A DNA stretch of 64,000 nucleotides, from the NCBI GenBank assembly GCA_036517295.1, contig DATDWZ010000008.1:304-64303 (forward strand), read 5' to 3'. This DNA comes from Minisyncoccota bacterium. Its GTDB lineage: Bacteria > Patescibacteriota > Minisyncoccia > Phycocordibacterales > DATDWN01. Positions 19,586 to 29,206 of this stretch are shown here, piece by piece. A program made the translations under genes and the position numbers. Below the pieces are notes generated by a model that was given only the letters and a program-made list of their open reading frames with translations, searched no databases and was not told the DNA's origin. Every line of letters begins with the position of its first letter. The stretch's first letter is position 1.

Positions 19586-21325
19586 CTATTTTAGATACTC
19601 GTTGGCGTAAACAGCTATCCAATTAAAAAACTCCTGCATAACCAGTACCGCACCGAATTGATTGTTTTTTGAACCCCTTTCCATAACCACGGCATAAGCA
19701 TATTTTGGATCTTTGTATGGCCAAAAACCGACCACCCAAGAATTGACTAGGTCTTTACTGACACCCAGTTGAGCCGTACCGGTCTTTGAAACAATCTCTA
19801 CAAATGGGAAATTGATGGCTCCAGATGTCCCTTCGGTCACACCAAGTCTCATCCCCTCTTTTATTATGGTGTAAAAGTCAGGGTTAAGATCTATTTTGCC
19901 GGAAGACATCCCAACATTTGTTTTTAAAAATGTTGGTACGAGTAAAGTCCCTTCGTTGGCGATAGCGGCTACGGCTCTGACAACCTGGATCGGTGATGTT
20001 TGAAAACCGTATTGTCCTATCGCCGTGTTATATGTGTCCCCCACTCTCCAAACCTCCCCTTTGAAATTCTTAGCCTTCCAACTGGGACTTGGTATGATGC
20101 CGTCTTCCTCTCCCGGAAAATAAATACCAGTGGTACTTCCAAAACCGAACATCCGTGTATATTTTTCTATGTTCGCTATTCCTATACCTTTTTGACCTTC
20201 ATATCCACCGGTAACTTCATAAAAATAAACGTTGGAAGAAACGGCTATAGCATGCCGTAAATCAACATAGCCGTGAGCTTTCCAATCTAAAAATATCGAT
20301 GGTTTGTCGGGGAAAAACGGGTTTGGTACAGATATGGAACCGGTAGAAAGAATCTGTTTTGTGGGAGAAATAATATTCTGATCCAAAGCCCCTATAGCCA
20401 TAAAGAGTTTCATTATTGAGCCGGGGGTATAAAGACCGCCCACGACACGGTTTAGGAATGGGTAATTGGTTGAAACAACCCAAGAAGATATTCTTTTTTG
20501 ATCAGCCCCGTCGGTCATGGTCTGTGAATCGTATTCGGGGAAATTACTACTGGCCAATATCTCACCGGTATGCACATTCATAATAACCCCCGCCCCTCCT
20601 TTGTAACCGGCCCTGTCCGCTATATCTAGCAAAGCGTTGTGTAGTTCTCTTTGTAAATCAATATCGATTGATAAATCAATATTGTCGCCATCAACAGGAA
20701 GCTGGATAATACTTTCTCCAACAACATTACCCTTAACATCGGTTTCTATTATCTTTGTGCCATTGGAACCGCTAATTTCTCCGTCGTATATTTTTTCTAT
20801 ACCGTCTTTCGGATCAAATTTATCCTGATAATAAAATCCGTTGGAATCCTTTGTGGGATATTTAATATAACCCAGAACCGTCGAGAGTCCTGTTGATGTA
20901 GCATATACTCTTAAAGAAAAATCCGTAGAGTTCGGATTTATATTGTTCCAGACCAGGGGCACCTTGTTCCTGTCGTATATTATCCCACGGTCTGCATAGA
21001 CCAGAGTCTTGTGTAGACTATTGTTGTCACTCCTGTTACGAAAATTTGCTCCTTGAATGATTTCAAGATTGGATAATTTATATACAAAAATAAGACCAAC
21101 ACAAAAAATAAAAAGGGTGATGAAACTTTTAACACTGTGTGGAATCGGTTTTTCTATGCGTCCCTCAAACTGATTAGTATCGAAGTTCGGTAAGTTTTTT
21201 GAATCAAGAAAAATTTCATCCGGATCAATGTCGTGGTTAGTGTTACGGGACCGTCTTTTAAATATTTTCTTTATTTGGTGGAACATGACTTTATCTCCTG
21301 ATTTGTGTTTTAGTAAAATAAACAA
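19586..21325 (-). CDS. mrdA: Penicillin-binding protein 2 (elongasome transpeptidase, MrdA-type)
   Basis: SIMKLF (SxxK), SSN and KTGTAQ motifs. Immediately downstream of mreB-mreC-mreD. Confidence 0.85.
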   Translation of the reverse strand: MFILLKHKSGDKVMFHQIKKIFKRRSRNTNHDIDPDEIFLDSKNLPNFDTNQFEGRIEKPIPHSVKSFITLFIFCVGLIFVYKLSNLEIIQGANFRNRSDNNSLHKTLVYADRGIIYDRNKVPLVWNNINPNSTDFSLRVYATSTGLSTVLGYIKYPTKDSNGFYYQDKFDPKDGIEKIYDGEISGSNGTKIIETDVKGNVVGESIIQLPVDGDNIDLSIDIDLQRELHNALLDIADRAGYKGGAGVIMNVHTGEILASSNFPEYDSQTMTDGADQKRISSWVVSTNYPFLNRVVGGLYTPGSIMKLFMAIGALDQNIISPTKQILSTGSISVPNPFFPDKPSIFLDWKAHGYVDLRHAIAVSSNVYFYEVTGGYEGQKGIGIANIEKYTRMFGFGSTTGIYFPGEEDGIIPSPSWKAKNFKGEVWRVGDTYNTAIGQYGFQTSPIQVVRAVAAIANEGTLLVPTFLKTNVGMSSGKIDLNPDFYTIIKEGMRLGVTEGTSGAINFPFVEIVSKTGTAQLGVSKDLVNSWVVGFWPYKDPKYAYAVVMERGSKNNQFGAVLVMQEFFNWIAVYANEYLK

Positions 21326-21545
21326 TAACCAAGAAAACGGCGGATGTAGTCAATCCGATGTATGGGAATTGGAAATTTACAGCATATAGGATGTCAAAAA
21401 GGAAGCCGAAAAACAGAACTTCCGGATAGAGTGGTAAATAAATCGTCAAACTGACCAGAATCAGACAAGATATATACCACGGCAATAAAAGTAGAGACAA
21501 AAAAACAACAACGAAAAGTAATATTCTTACTAAAATACCGTTCAT
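21291..21545 (-). CDS. Small polytopic membrane protein, MreD-like (rod-shape)
   Basis: Three hydrophobic helices. Position between mreC and mrdA. The likely start is MNGILVR at 21545; the upstream MINSNG comes from the repeat element. Confidence 0.45.
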   Translation of the reverse strand: MNGILVRILLFVVVFLSLLLLPWYISCLILVSLTIYLPLYPEVLFFGFLFDILYAVNFQFPYIGLTTSAVFLVIVYFTKTQIRR

Positions 21546-21644
21546 CCCGTTAGAGTTTATCATTATATATTCTAGTACATTAGAACTTGCTTAATTCCAT
21601 TAGCATAATCACAACATCTCGGAGCCAAGTTAAACTCTAACGGG
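21546..21644 (-). repeat. Copy A of ~100-bp leader/MITE-like element with 14-bp terminal inverted repeats CCCGTTAGAGTTTA / TAAACTCTAACGGG
   Basis: Perfect 14-bp TIRs. Internal TAGAATATATAATGATAAACTCTAACGGG-ATG. About 85% identical to copy B (52343-52451) in gene-relative orientation. Confidence 0.6.
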
Positions 21645-21676
21645 ATTAATGGAATTACTATATCACAAAGACCATT

Positions 21677-22471
21677 TTATTTGGTTTTTTCTATAAAGAC
21701 AGACTTCGCGGAGAAAACATTGCCCAAACTTCTTATATACACCGTTTTAAAAGAACTTTGAGAATTAGTGTCTATGTAATACACACTACCTATGATAGAC
21801 GAGGCTATTCCCGGATACATAAAAACATCACCCCATAAAATATCAGTTTCCTTCGGAACTTCCAGTTTCATATTAGCCCCTCCCGCACCAGTAATAGTAA
21901 ACGAAGCTCCGGTACGGGATAGGGTCATTTGTTCTGCCACACCGCTACTGGAAAAAAGACGAACCAGAGATGTGTGTGGGGTGATATTGGTAACAATACC
22001 TATAATAGTTACATCCGACAAATAAACTTTATTACCGAGGACAACACCGTCAGAGGAGCCCGCGTCCACAACAAATGTATCGTACGGAGATTGTGGCGGT
22101 TTGGATAATATTCGAGCCATGACCCGACTGGTTGAGATTTTTCTTCCCAATTCCTCTTTCAGTTCCAGATTTTCTTTTAACAAAGCATCATAATCTATTT
22201 CTTTCATCCGTAGGTTGGATAACTCCTCTTTTATAGCAAGATTATCCGTAATCAACCTGCTCTTGAAAACAAAAAAATCTTTTGCATATATGAACGGTTT
22301 GGCCGATGTATTACCTATAATCCAGATAGGCCTGGAAACGGTATAAAAAAAACTTCGGAGATAACCCATAAATAAAAAACCGGAAAAGCTTAGAAGCATG
22401 AACAAGACAATGGTGAAGATCATTTTCCTGTGACCGAAAGACTTTGGTTTACTTCTTAGGAGGTAATTCAT
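21677..22471 (-). CDS. mreC: Rod shape-determining protein MreC
   Basis: N-terminal TM, coiled coil (KENLELKEEL), C-terminal beta domains. Downstream of mreB. Confidence 0.75.
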   Translation of the reverse strand: MNYLLRSKPKSFGHRKMIFTIVLFMLLSFSGFLFMGYLRSFFYTVSRPIWIIGNTSAKPFIYAKDFFVFKSRLITDNLAIKEELSNLRMKEIDYDALLKENLELKEELGRKISTSRVMARILSKPPQSPYDTFVVDAGSSDGVVLGNKVYLSDVTIIGIVTNITPHTSLVRLFSSSGVAEQMTLSRTGASFTITGAGGANMKLEVPKETDILWGDVFMYPGIASSIIGSVYYIDTNSQSSFKTVYIRSLGNVFSAKSVFIEKTK

Positions 22472-23510
22472 CTTGGTTGGCGATTAAAACATCTTTGTAT
22501 AATTCTATGTCGTCCAAGATAATACCCGTGCCACGACAAACAGCAGTCAGTGGATCGTCGGCTATGTGAACGGGGATTTTTGTATATTCATGAATAATCT
22601 CAGCAAGTCCTTTTATCAAGGCCCCTCCACCAAACAGATAAACTCCCCGATGCATCACATCAGATAGAATTTCCGGCGGAGTCGTTTCCAAAACCTCCTT
22701 AACCGATTCTATGAGTGTATCTATCGACTGCGAAATGGCTTCCCGAATATCGGAGTCGGTTATGACCACTTCGCGTGGAAGACCTGATATAAGATCACGA
22801 CCTTTTATCGATGCCTCAAGCGGAACATCACTCGGTAATATCGCTCCTATGGATATTTTTATATTTTCTGCAGTTTTTTCACCGATTAAAATTTTGAACT
22901 CGCTTCGAACATAGGAAATGATGTCGTTGTTCAATTTATCTCCTGCGATACGGACATTTTTTGAACGAACCACTCCACCGAGAGAAATTACGGCGATATC
23001 GGAAGTTCCGCCACCTATATCTATGACCATATTACCAATAGGTTCGTGAATAGGAAGTCTTATGCCAATCGCGCCGGCCATTGGCTCTTCGACGATATAT
23101 ACCTCCGAAGCTCCGGCATTTTTACACGCATCACGAACCGCACGAGTTTCCACATTTGTAATTCCAGACGGAACACCGACAACAACGCGCGGACCTAAAA
23201 GTTTTTTATTATGCTTTTGGGCTTTGTTCAAGAGATAAGTAATCATTTCCTCGGTTACTTCGAAATCAGAAATAACACCGTCCACAAGAGGACGGATGGC
23301 AACGATATGCCCCGGAGTTCTGCCGAGCATCTGCTTGGCATCTTTACCAACAGCAACCACACGACCGGTCTTTTGGTTCACAGCAACAACAGACGGTTCG
23401 TTCAACACTATTCCCTTACCGCGCAAATAGACCAAAGTATTGGCGGTACCCAAATCGATACCGATATCGTTCGAGAGAAGTCTTTTAAATTGTTCGAAGT
23501 TTTTTATCAT
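22449..23510 (-). CDS. mreB: Rod shape-determining protein MreB (actin-like ATPase)
   Basis: GIDLGTANTLVY phosphate-1 motif, DIGGGTSD and LFGGGALIKG motifs. Confidence 0.9.
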   Translation of the reverse strand: MIKNFEQFKRLLSNDIGIDLGTANTLVYLRGKGIVLNEPSVVAVNQKTGRVVAVGKDAKQMLGRTPGHIVAIRPLVDGVISDFEVTEEMITYLLNKAQKHNKKLLGPRVVVGVPSGITNVETRAVRDACKNAGASEVYIVEEPMAGAIGIRLPIHEPIGNMVIDIGGGTSDIAVISLGGVVRSKNVRIAGDKLNNDIISYVRSEFKILIGEKTAENIKISIGAILPSDVPLEASIKGRDLISGLPREVVITDSDIREAISQSIDTLIESVKEVLETTPPEILSDVMHRGVYLFGGGALIKGLAEIIHEYTKIPVHIADDPLTAVCRGTGIILDDIELYKDVLIANQDELPPKK

Positions 23511-23554
23511 AAATTAAATCAGAACAAGAAAATCTCATCGAGCACTGTCTTGAT

Positions 23555-23627
23555 GAGAGACTAGTGAGCGCGTCGGCGCGAACTCAAGGAAAATTTTAGC
23601 AAAAATTTATCCGTATCTCTCAGAGAG
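23555..23627. repeat. Copy 1 of ~73-nt structured repeat (closing stem gagagac/gtctctc; internal hairpin cgcg-tcgg-cgcg; conserved AACTCAAGGAAAATTTTAGCAAAAATTTATCCG)
   Basis: Second copy at 58766-58838 in opposite orientation. The internal hairpin there is gctc-gacg-gagc, a compensatory change that keeps the pairing. Confidence 0.5.
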
Positions 23628-23661
23628 ATAGTGTGAGAAAGAGATTTTCTCTATACAAGTC

Positions 23662-24906
23662 TTACAAAATTTTCAAAGCATCCTCAACCGACATCAATTC
23701 CGAATCTGCGGATGTCCTCATCTTCACTTCAACCTTATTCTCAGCAACGGTCTTATCGCTAACCACAAACCGAACCGGAATACCTATAAGGTCAGAATCT
23801 GCGAATTTCTCTCCCGGTCGTATATCCCGGTCATCATAGAGTACAGGAATTCCCCTCTTTCGCAAATCGGCATATAAGTTGTCTGTAAAAGAGACTACTG
23901 CCTCGTTTACACCGAGTCTCACTAGATGGACCACAAACGGAGCAACTTCTTTCGGCCAAACCATACCTTTGTCGTCGGAAAGAAGTTCAACAATTGTACC
24001 CATAAGTCGTCCGAGGCCAATACCATAAGCTCCAAGAACAACGGTACTTTCTTTACCATTTTCTTCTTTAAAATTAAGACCGAGCTCGGTAGTATAACGA
24101 GTACCATATTTGAATATATTTCCAACTTCGATTGATTTCGCCTCTACCAATGTTTCTTTTTTTAATCCTAATCCTTGTAAAATATCATTCTGCATAACCT
24201 CGTCATTTACAGCCAAACTTTTTTCTTTATCTATAAAAATATGATCCTCCCCAGCATCACAAATCGTCTGAAATTCGTGACTGAATTTACTAAACATTCC
24301 TCCTGAGGCAAAAGTTAAATAAGTTTTATCTCCAATCCCCACCCGGTTATATACATTTTTATATGCTCGAATAGCTTTTTCATAGAACGCATCTAACTCC
24401 TTCTGATTTCTATTGAAAGAGTACATGTCTTTCATTAGAAATTCTCTCCCACGCATTATTCCGGACTTTGACCTTAGTTCATTTCTAAATTTTGTCTGGA
24501 ATTGATGTGTATACCTAGGCAAATCACGATATGAACTAATGTGATCCTTCATCATTCTTACCATTGGTTCTTCGTGAGTACAGCCAAGCCCAAGCTCCGT
24601 ATCATTTTTTAATTTTGTCTTAAACCATACATCAACTTTTTCGTCGCTCCATCTATCGGTTGCTTTCCATATCTCTGGATCCTGAAGTGTTGAGAGAGAT
24701 ACTTCTTCACTACCAATCGCTTCCATTTCCTCTCTAATGATTTTTCTAAGGTTATTGATTACCCTTAAACCTAGAGGTAAGTAATCATAAACTCCAGCCA
24801 TTTCTTTGTGTATAAATCCAGCTTTAATAAGAAGCTGGGCGTTCTTTGAAACCTCATCGGACGGAGCTTCTTTACGGGTTTTTGTAAAAAGTTGTGATTG
24901 TTTCAT
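23662..24906 (-). CDS. proS: Proline--tRNA ligase (short form lacking editing insertion)
   Basis: Class II motifs. KNAQLLIKAGFIHKEMAGVYDYLPLGLRV N-terminus. The likely start is MKQSQLF at 24906. Confidence 0.85.
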   Translation of the reverse strand: MKQSQLFTKTRKEAPSDEVSKNAQLLIKAGFIHKEMAGVYDYLPLGLRVINNLRKIIREEMEAIGSEEVSLSTLQDPEIWKATDRWSDEKVDVWFKTKLKNDTELGLGCTHEEPMVRMMKDHISSYRDLPRYTHQFQTKFRNELRSKSGIMRGREFLMKDMYSFNRNQKELDAFYEKAIRAYKNVYNRVGIGDKTYLTFASGGMFSKFSHEFQTICDAGEDHIFIDKEKSLAVNDEVMQNDILQGLGLKKETLVEAKSIEVGNIFKYGTRYTTELGLNFKEENGKESTVVLGAYGIGLGRLMGTIVELLSDDKGMVWPKEVAPFVVHLVRLGVNEAVVSFTDNLYADLRKRGIPVLYDDRDIRPGEKFADSDLIGIPVRFVVSDKTVAENKVEVKMRTSADSELMSVEDALKIL

Positions 24907-25003
24907 CCCGTTAGAGTTTATGTTTATATATTCTAGCAAATAAAATAAATTTATCTGAATACTGTGACAACGGTGTCTCCGAAACGAGTAAGACTCTAAC
25001 GGG
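24907..25003 (-). repeat. Copy C of ~100-bp leader/MITE-like element (CCCGTTAGAGTTTA ... GACTCTAACGGG) abutting the proS start codon
   Basis: TIRs. Internal TAGAATATATAA. Ends exactly at ATG 24906. Confidence 0.55.
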
Positions 25004-25032
25004 ACAAGTCACTACATATTATAGCAAAAAAG

Positions 25033-25086
25033 AGAGAGGGTCAAAAAAACTCCTGGGCCGTAGGGCGCCAAGCTTTTGGCTTGGCT
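25033..25086 (-). terminator. Strong hairpin (ccgtaggagccaagc-caaaa-gcttggcgccctacgg) + U7 on minus strand; A7 on plus (bidirectional-capable)
   Basis: Long GC stem followed by TTTTTTT on the minus strand, 200 nt downstream of the rseP stop. Confidence 0.5.
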
Positions 25087-25279
25087 CCTACGGGGAGGAG
25101 TATCATCGCGCATGTCTTGTTTTGGTCGACACCTCAGCCTTCAGCCGAGGGACTGCGTCGAGGGGGATAAGAATGCCGATGGCTCTTGATCTAACCATGA
25201 TGGGCGACCATTCCCTCGGGCCGTCCAGTTAGATCTTGGAAAAATCGCTTTCGCTACTATACATTATGTCAACTTTTTG

Positions 25280-26386
25280 TCAAATCAGATTAAAAATATC
25301 ATGACCGGTAACAACTAGCATCAAAATTATTAAGCATGCGAAGCCGAGAATATTTGTCCACTTAACTATGTTCGGCGATATCGATCTTCGTAGGATAGCC
25401 TCAACTCCGACGAACAAAAGCCTTCCTCCGTCAAGCGCAGGAAACGGAACAAGATTTATTATGGCCAAGTTAACGGAAATGAGTGTGACGAGAGATAGAA
25501 GGTATGCAAATCCAAGTTGGGTTGCTTCTCCCACAATCTTTGCTATGCCGATGGGCCCGCTGACCTGAGAAAGATCGGATTTAAGCATAATCGTATTCCA
25601 TAGAAATATTCCAAGGCTTATGGCCGTACCTTTTGTCAGAAGATATGTAGTACGAGCGCCTTCAAGTAAAGCCAGATGGGGTGGAAGTTTCAAAATACCC
25701 ATTTCGTCCAATGCAACACCTATAGAACGCGAGCCAAAAACCATATCGGCGGTAGGCGCGATAAAAATAGTAGCCGGAGGATTGTCCCCTCTCTTGTATA
25801 AAACTTGTATGTTTCGTCCAGCGCTCTCAGTAATAAGATTTTTGAAACTCTGCGGATTGAGACTTTCGTTCTGTAAAGAAGTTTTGCCCGAATTAGCAAA
25901 AACTATCAGGTCGCCCGCCAACAGTCCCGACTCTTCAGCCGGTGAACCACCTAAAACTTCCGTGACAATAAGATGTGGATTTGTGATTTGGCCATATTCA
26001 GAATATCCGGCCGAGGATGGGAGGCCGATTGAAAATCCTAGAGAAATAACCAGCCAGGCAAAAATCATATTGAAAGCAACACCGGCCACTAGGACCATAG
26101 CCTGGATAAATCTGTTTTTGTGAATGAAACTTCTAGACTTATCGGCCTCCGATAAGGATTCTACATGAGAGTTCTCGCCAAATATCTTTACAAAACCTCC
26201 GAACGGGATAAGGTTCAGGGTATATCTTGTTTCGCCCAACTTCACAGAAAAAATCCTCGGCGGAAATCCTAGGCCAAACTCGTCCACCCGTATTCCACAC
26301 ATTTTTGCCACAATAAAATGCCCAAATTCGTGGACTAGGACTAAAATAGCGAGAATGATGAGGAAAATGATGATTGACATATTCAA
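25280..26386 (-). CDS. rseP: Site-2 protease RseP family (M50 zinc metalloprotease with PDZ domain)
   Basis: HEFGHFIVAK HExxH motif in the first TM. PDZ-like middle region. LDGG motif near the C-terminus. Confidence 0.85.
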   Translation of the reverse strand: MNMSIIIFLIILAILVLVHEFGHFIVAKMCGIRVDEFGLGFPPRIFSVKLGETRYTLNLIPFGGFVKIFGENSHVESLSEADKSRSFIHKNRFIQAMVLVAGVAFNMIFAWLVISLGFSIGLPSSAGYSEYGQITNPHLIVTEVLGGSPAEESGLLAGDLIVFANSGKTSLQNESLNPQSFKNLITESAGRNIQVLYKRGDNPPATIFIAPTADMVFGSRSIGVALDEMGILKLPPHLALLEGARTTYLLTKGTAISLGIFLWNTIMLKSDLSQVSGPIGIAKIVGEATQLGFAYLLSLVTLISVNLAIINLVPFPALDGGRLLFVGVEAILRRSISPNIVKWTNILGFACLIILMLVVTGHDIFNLI

Positions 26387-26400
26387 TAGAAATTTTTAAT

Positions 26401-26460
26401 TCTTAATTTTGTAATTTTTAAATAATTTCTAATGAATTAATTTTTAAACATTTGAAATTA
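26401..26460. repeat. AT-rich intergenic repeat containing TTAATTTTGTAATTTTTAAATAATTTCTAATGAATTAAT (identical 39-mer at 27093-27131)
   Basis: 39-nt identity with the repeat upstream of frr. Shares the AATTTCTAATGAATTAA core with 17918 (reverse complement). Confidence 0.6.
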
Positions 26461-26499
26461 AAATTTATTTATAAAATTAAAAATTCAAAAATTATAAAA

Positions 26500-27057
26500 T
26501 TACTCCGTAATCTCCTTCTCTTTCTTTGCAAAATTCTCCTCAAGCATCCGCCCGGCATCGTCCAACATCTTCTGAAGTTCCGCTTTAAAACGAAACTTCT
26601 CGTCCTCAGACATCCCTCCTTCTTTTTCTTGCCTGTCGATATCCTTTATAACCCTTTCCCTCTCGGCGCGTAAAGTGACTCTGGCATCCTCCAGTTTCTG
26701 CTTAGCGATTTTTACAAGATCCGCTCGCCTATCCGAAGTCAGCCCCGGAAAAGTTACCCGCAGTCCCTTATCGTCCAGAGCAACCGAAAGCCCGAGGTCT
26801 GCGAGAACTATTGCCTTTTCTATAGCCTTGGCCACCGACATGTCCCACGGAGTAATACGCAACATCCGAGCATCTTCAATGGAAATATTGGCGAGCTCCA
26901 TTACCGCCATGTCAGCGTCGTATGCCTCCACCCTAACTCCGTCCAAAATAGCCGGTGTCGCTCGTCCGGTGCGGATGGTTGTGAACTCACGCCGGAGCCA
27001 GTCTTCTGTGTCTTTAACAGACTGTTTAAATGTAGCGAAATTGTATTGCATAGTCAT
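26500..27057 (-). CDS. frr: Ribosome recycling factor
   Basis: 185 aa, canonical RRF sequence (…RTGRATPAILDGVRVEAYD…VKIAKQKLEDARV…). Confidence 0.9.
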   Translation of the reverse strand: MTMQYNFATFKQSVKDTEDWLRREFTTIRTGRATPAILDGVRVEAYDADMAVMELANISIEDARMLRITPWDMSVAKAIEKAIVLADLGLSVALDDKGLRVTFPGLTSDRRADLVKIAKQKLEDARVTLRAERERVIKDIDRQEKEGGMSEDEKFRFKAELQKMLDDAGRMLEENFAKKEKEITE

Positions 27058-27079
27058 TACAGCATAACATATTATGCTG

Positions 27080-27140
27080 AATTTTCAATTTTTAATTTTG
27101 TAATTTTTAAATAATTTCTAATGAATTAATGTCTAAAAAA
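27080..27140. repeat. AT-rich intergenic repeat (second copy of the 39-mer)
   Basis: See 26401-26460. Confidence 0.6.
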
Positions 27141-27854
27141 TTAAATGTTTAGTAATAAATTTTCCAAGATTATTTTCACCGGCGCACCGCGATCGTATAG
27201 AGAGGCCCGAGCTTCCTGACAAAGTTCTAGGACTTTAGATGATTTCTCGACGCCCAATCCATACAATTCCGATTCAACTTGATTAAGAAAGGCGATAGCA
27301 TCTTGTTTTGTCTTCTCTTCGTCACTTATGGCTTCCGTTATTTCTTTTACTCTAGCCAAACGCTCGACTAGCTTTAGTTCCAAAATACTTTCTAACTTTA
27401 TAGACTTTTGACTTTCGCCTCCTATCACCAACATTCTAGATCGTAATGTTGGTAATAACATATCCTGCGGAGAAATTATGAAAAAATGCGTCCCAACTGT
27501 CGGTTCCTCAAATACTTTGAGTAGCGAGTTCTGTGCTTCTTGTGTAATAAAATCTGCTTGAATTATAAAAATCCTCTTACTTGGAAGCCGAGCTTCCAAG
27601 TAGGTTTCGAATGGCTTACGATTGGCACTTTCCATAATGGCACGAGCGTCGTCAATGGTCAGCGTTTTAAACTCTCCGTGCCAAAAATCCGGATTGCCGG
27701 CCGTTTTAACTCCAACCGTGTTTTCCAAAAAGTCTTTAAGTTTTTCGACCAACCCCTTTGCTTTATTCTCAACAAAAAAATAGGCGTGGTGGAGATGCTC
27801 TGAGTTTTTATATAAATCAATAAGCGACTGCATGAGTTCAGTATAACAAAACAT
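27141..27854 (-). CDS. holB: DNA polymerase III delta-prime subunit-like (clamp-loader AAA+ without functional P-loop)
   Basis: IFIIQADFITQEAQNSLLKVFEEP (sensor and Walker-B-like region). No GKT P-loop. Size about 230 aa. Confidence 0.65.
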   Translation of the reverse strand: MFCYTELMQSLIDLYKNSEHLHHAYFFVENKAKGLVEKLKDFLENTVGVKTAGNPDFWHGEFKTLTIDDARAIMESANRKPFETYLEARLPSKRIFIIQADFITQEAQNSLLKVFEEPTVGTHFFIISPQDMLLPTLRSRMLVIGGESQKSIKLESILELKLVERLARVKEITEAISDEEKTKQDAIAFLNQVESELYGLGVEKSSKVLELCQEARASLYDRGAPVKIILENLLLNI

Positions 27855-27905
27855 AAAACAAAACGGCGCACCTTGTAAGGGTGCGCCCGAGTGAAACCGG
27901 CGTTA

Positions 27906-28118
27906 GGGGGAAGAATAAGCCAGACGAAGCACCGGCATGGCCCACGACGGTGTTGGGACGATGTAGAGAATCATAACCACCGACCCAAAACTGAGGTAGT
28001 ACCGATTCTGGACCGGGTCATACCTCGCACCCTCTCTCACCAACGCCTGACCGGCCAGTTCTTCCGAAGCGAAGAGGCCGTTCGGCCTCCCGAAAAAATC
28101 AATGCTGTACATCCGCAC
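27906..28118 (-). CDS. Small GC-rich hypothetical protein (71 aa) with SD
   Basis: GGAGG 5 nt upstream of ATG. A terminator hairpin ggcgcacc-ttgtaa-gggtgcgcc + T-tract lies at 27866-27895 on the minus strand. About 55% GC versus an AT-rich genome. Only moderate support for coding. Confidence 0.3.
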
Positions 28119-28172
28119 CTCCGAGAATAATGATACTGTATTCTCTCCGAAATAGAATCTTCCCAGGAGGAA

Positions 28173-29186
28173 TCAGCGCTTCGAAATTATCAATCGCTTG
28201 TATGTATCTAGATGTTCTAAAGCAATCCCTGTCCCCTTTGCCACACAATATAGAGGGTCTTTTGCCAAAACGGCTTTCACACCAGTCCGACGAAAAACAA
28301 GTTCGGGGAAATTGCGTAGTTGTGACGAACCGCCAGTCATTATGATTCCCTGATCAATAATATCTGACGAAAGTTCTGGTGGAGTTTCCTGCAAAACATC
28401 TTTTATTGCTTTTATCATTTCACGCAGGTCTTTCGATATCGCTTTGACTATCTCGTTTGTTTTTATTTCAACGCTTCGTGGAAGACCGGTCACAAAATCG
28501 CGACCTTTTATGGTCATTGAAAGTTCTTCATCGAGAGGAATGGCCGAGCCGATGTTTATTTTTATATCTTCCGCTGTCTTGTCGCCGATGCCGAGATTGA
28601 ATGTTTTCTTTATATAGTCGGTTATAGCATAATCGATTTTATTTCCTGCGCATTTAACCGATGTTGAAGAAACGATACCGCCGAGAGAAATCACCGCCAC
28701 GTCCGTCGTTCCTCCGCCGATATCAACGATCATGTGTCCCATTGCTTCGTGAATCGGAATCCCCGCGCCGATAGCGGCCAGAATCGGCTCTTTGACCACG
28801 TAGGCGTTTTTCGCGCCGGCTCGTATTGCCGCTTCTATAACCGCCCGCCGTTCGGTCGATGTCACGCCCGCAGGGACAGAAACAAGAACCTCGGGCTTTG
28901 TAAAATTCCATTTACCCAAAGCTTTATCCATGTAATATCGCAACATCGCTTCCGTAACACGATAATCAGCAATGACACCGTCTTTCATAGGACGATAAGC
29001 AATTATGTTTTCTGGAGTACGACCAATCATCTCCTTTGCTTCGATACCGATGGCCACAATACGATTGTCCTCTTCAGACACTGCCACAACGGATGGTTCA
29101 TTCAGAACTATCCCGCGACCAGGAACAAAGACCAGTATATTGGCCGTACCAAGGTCGATTCCGAGCTTTTTTGAGAAAATTCCCAT
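28173..29186 (-). CDS. MreB-like actin homolog (second paralog)
   Basis: GIDLGTANILVF, DIGGGTTD and IMTGGSSQLRN motifs. About 45% identical by eye to the mreB at 22449..23510. Confidence 0.85.
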   Translation of the reverse strand: MGIFSKKLGIDLGTANILVFVPGRGIVLNEPSVVAVSEEDNRIVAIGIEAKEMIGRTPENIIAYRPMKDGVIADYRVTEAMLRYYMDKALGKWNFTKPEVLVSVPAGVTSTERRAVIEAAIRAGAKNAYVVKEPILAAIGAGIPIHEAMGHMIVDIGGGTTDVAVISLGGIVSSTSVKCAGNKIDYAITDYIKKTFNLGIGDKTAEDIKINIGSAIPLDEELSMTIKGRDFVTGLPRSVEIKTNEIVKAISKDLREMIKAIKDVLQETPPELSSDIIDQGIIMTGGSSQLRNFPELVFRRTGVKAVLAKDPLYCVAKGTGIALEHLDTYKRLIISKR

Positions 29187-29206
29187 AATGGTATACTATA
29201 GCTGAT

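Noticed and set aside
25030-25270. T-box leader upstream of proS
   Set aside because: No T-box consensus (AATTAGGGTGGTACCGCG-like) and no specifier-loop architecture. The hairpin is better explained as the rseP terminator.
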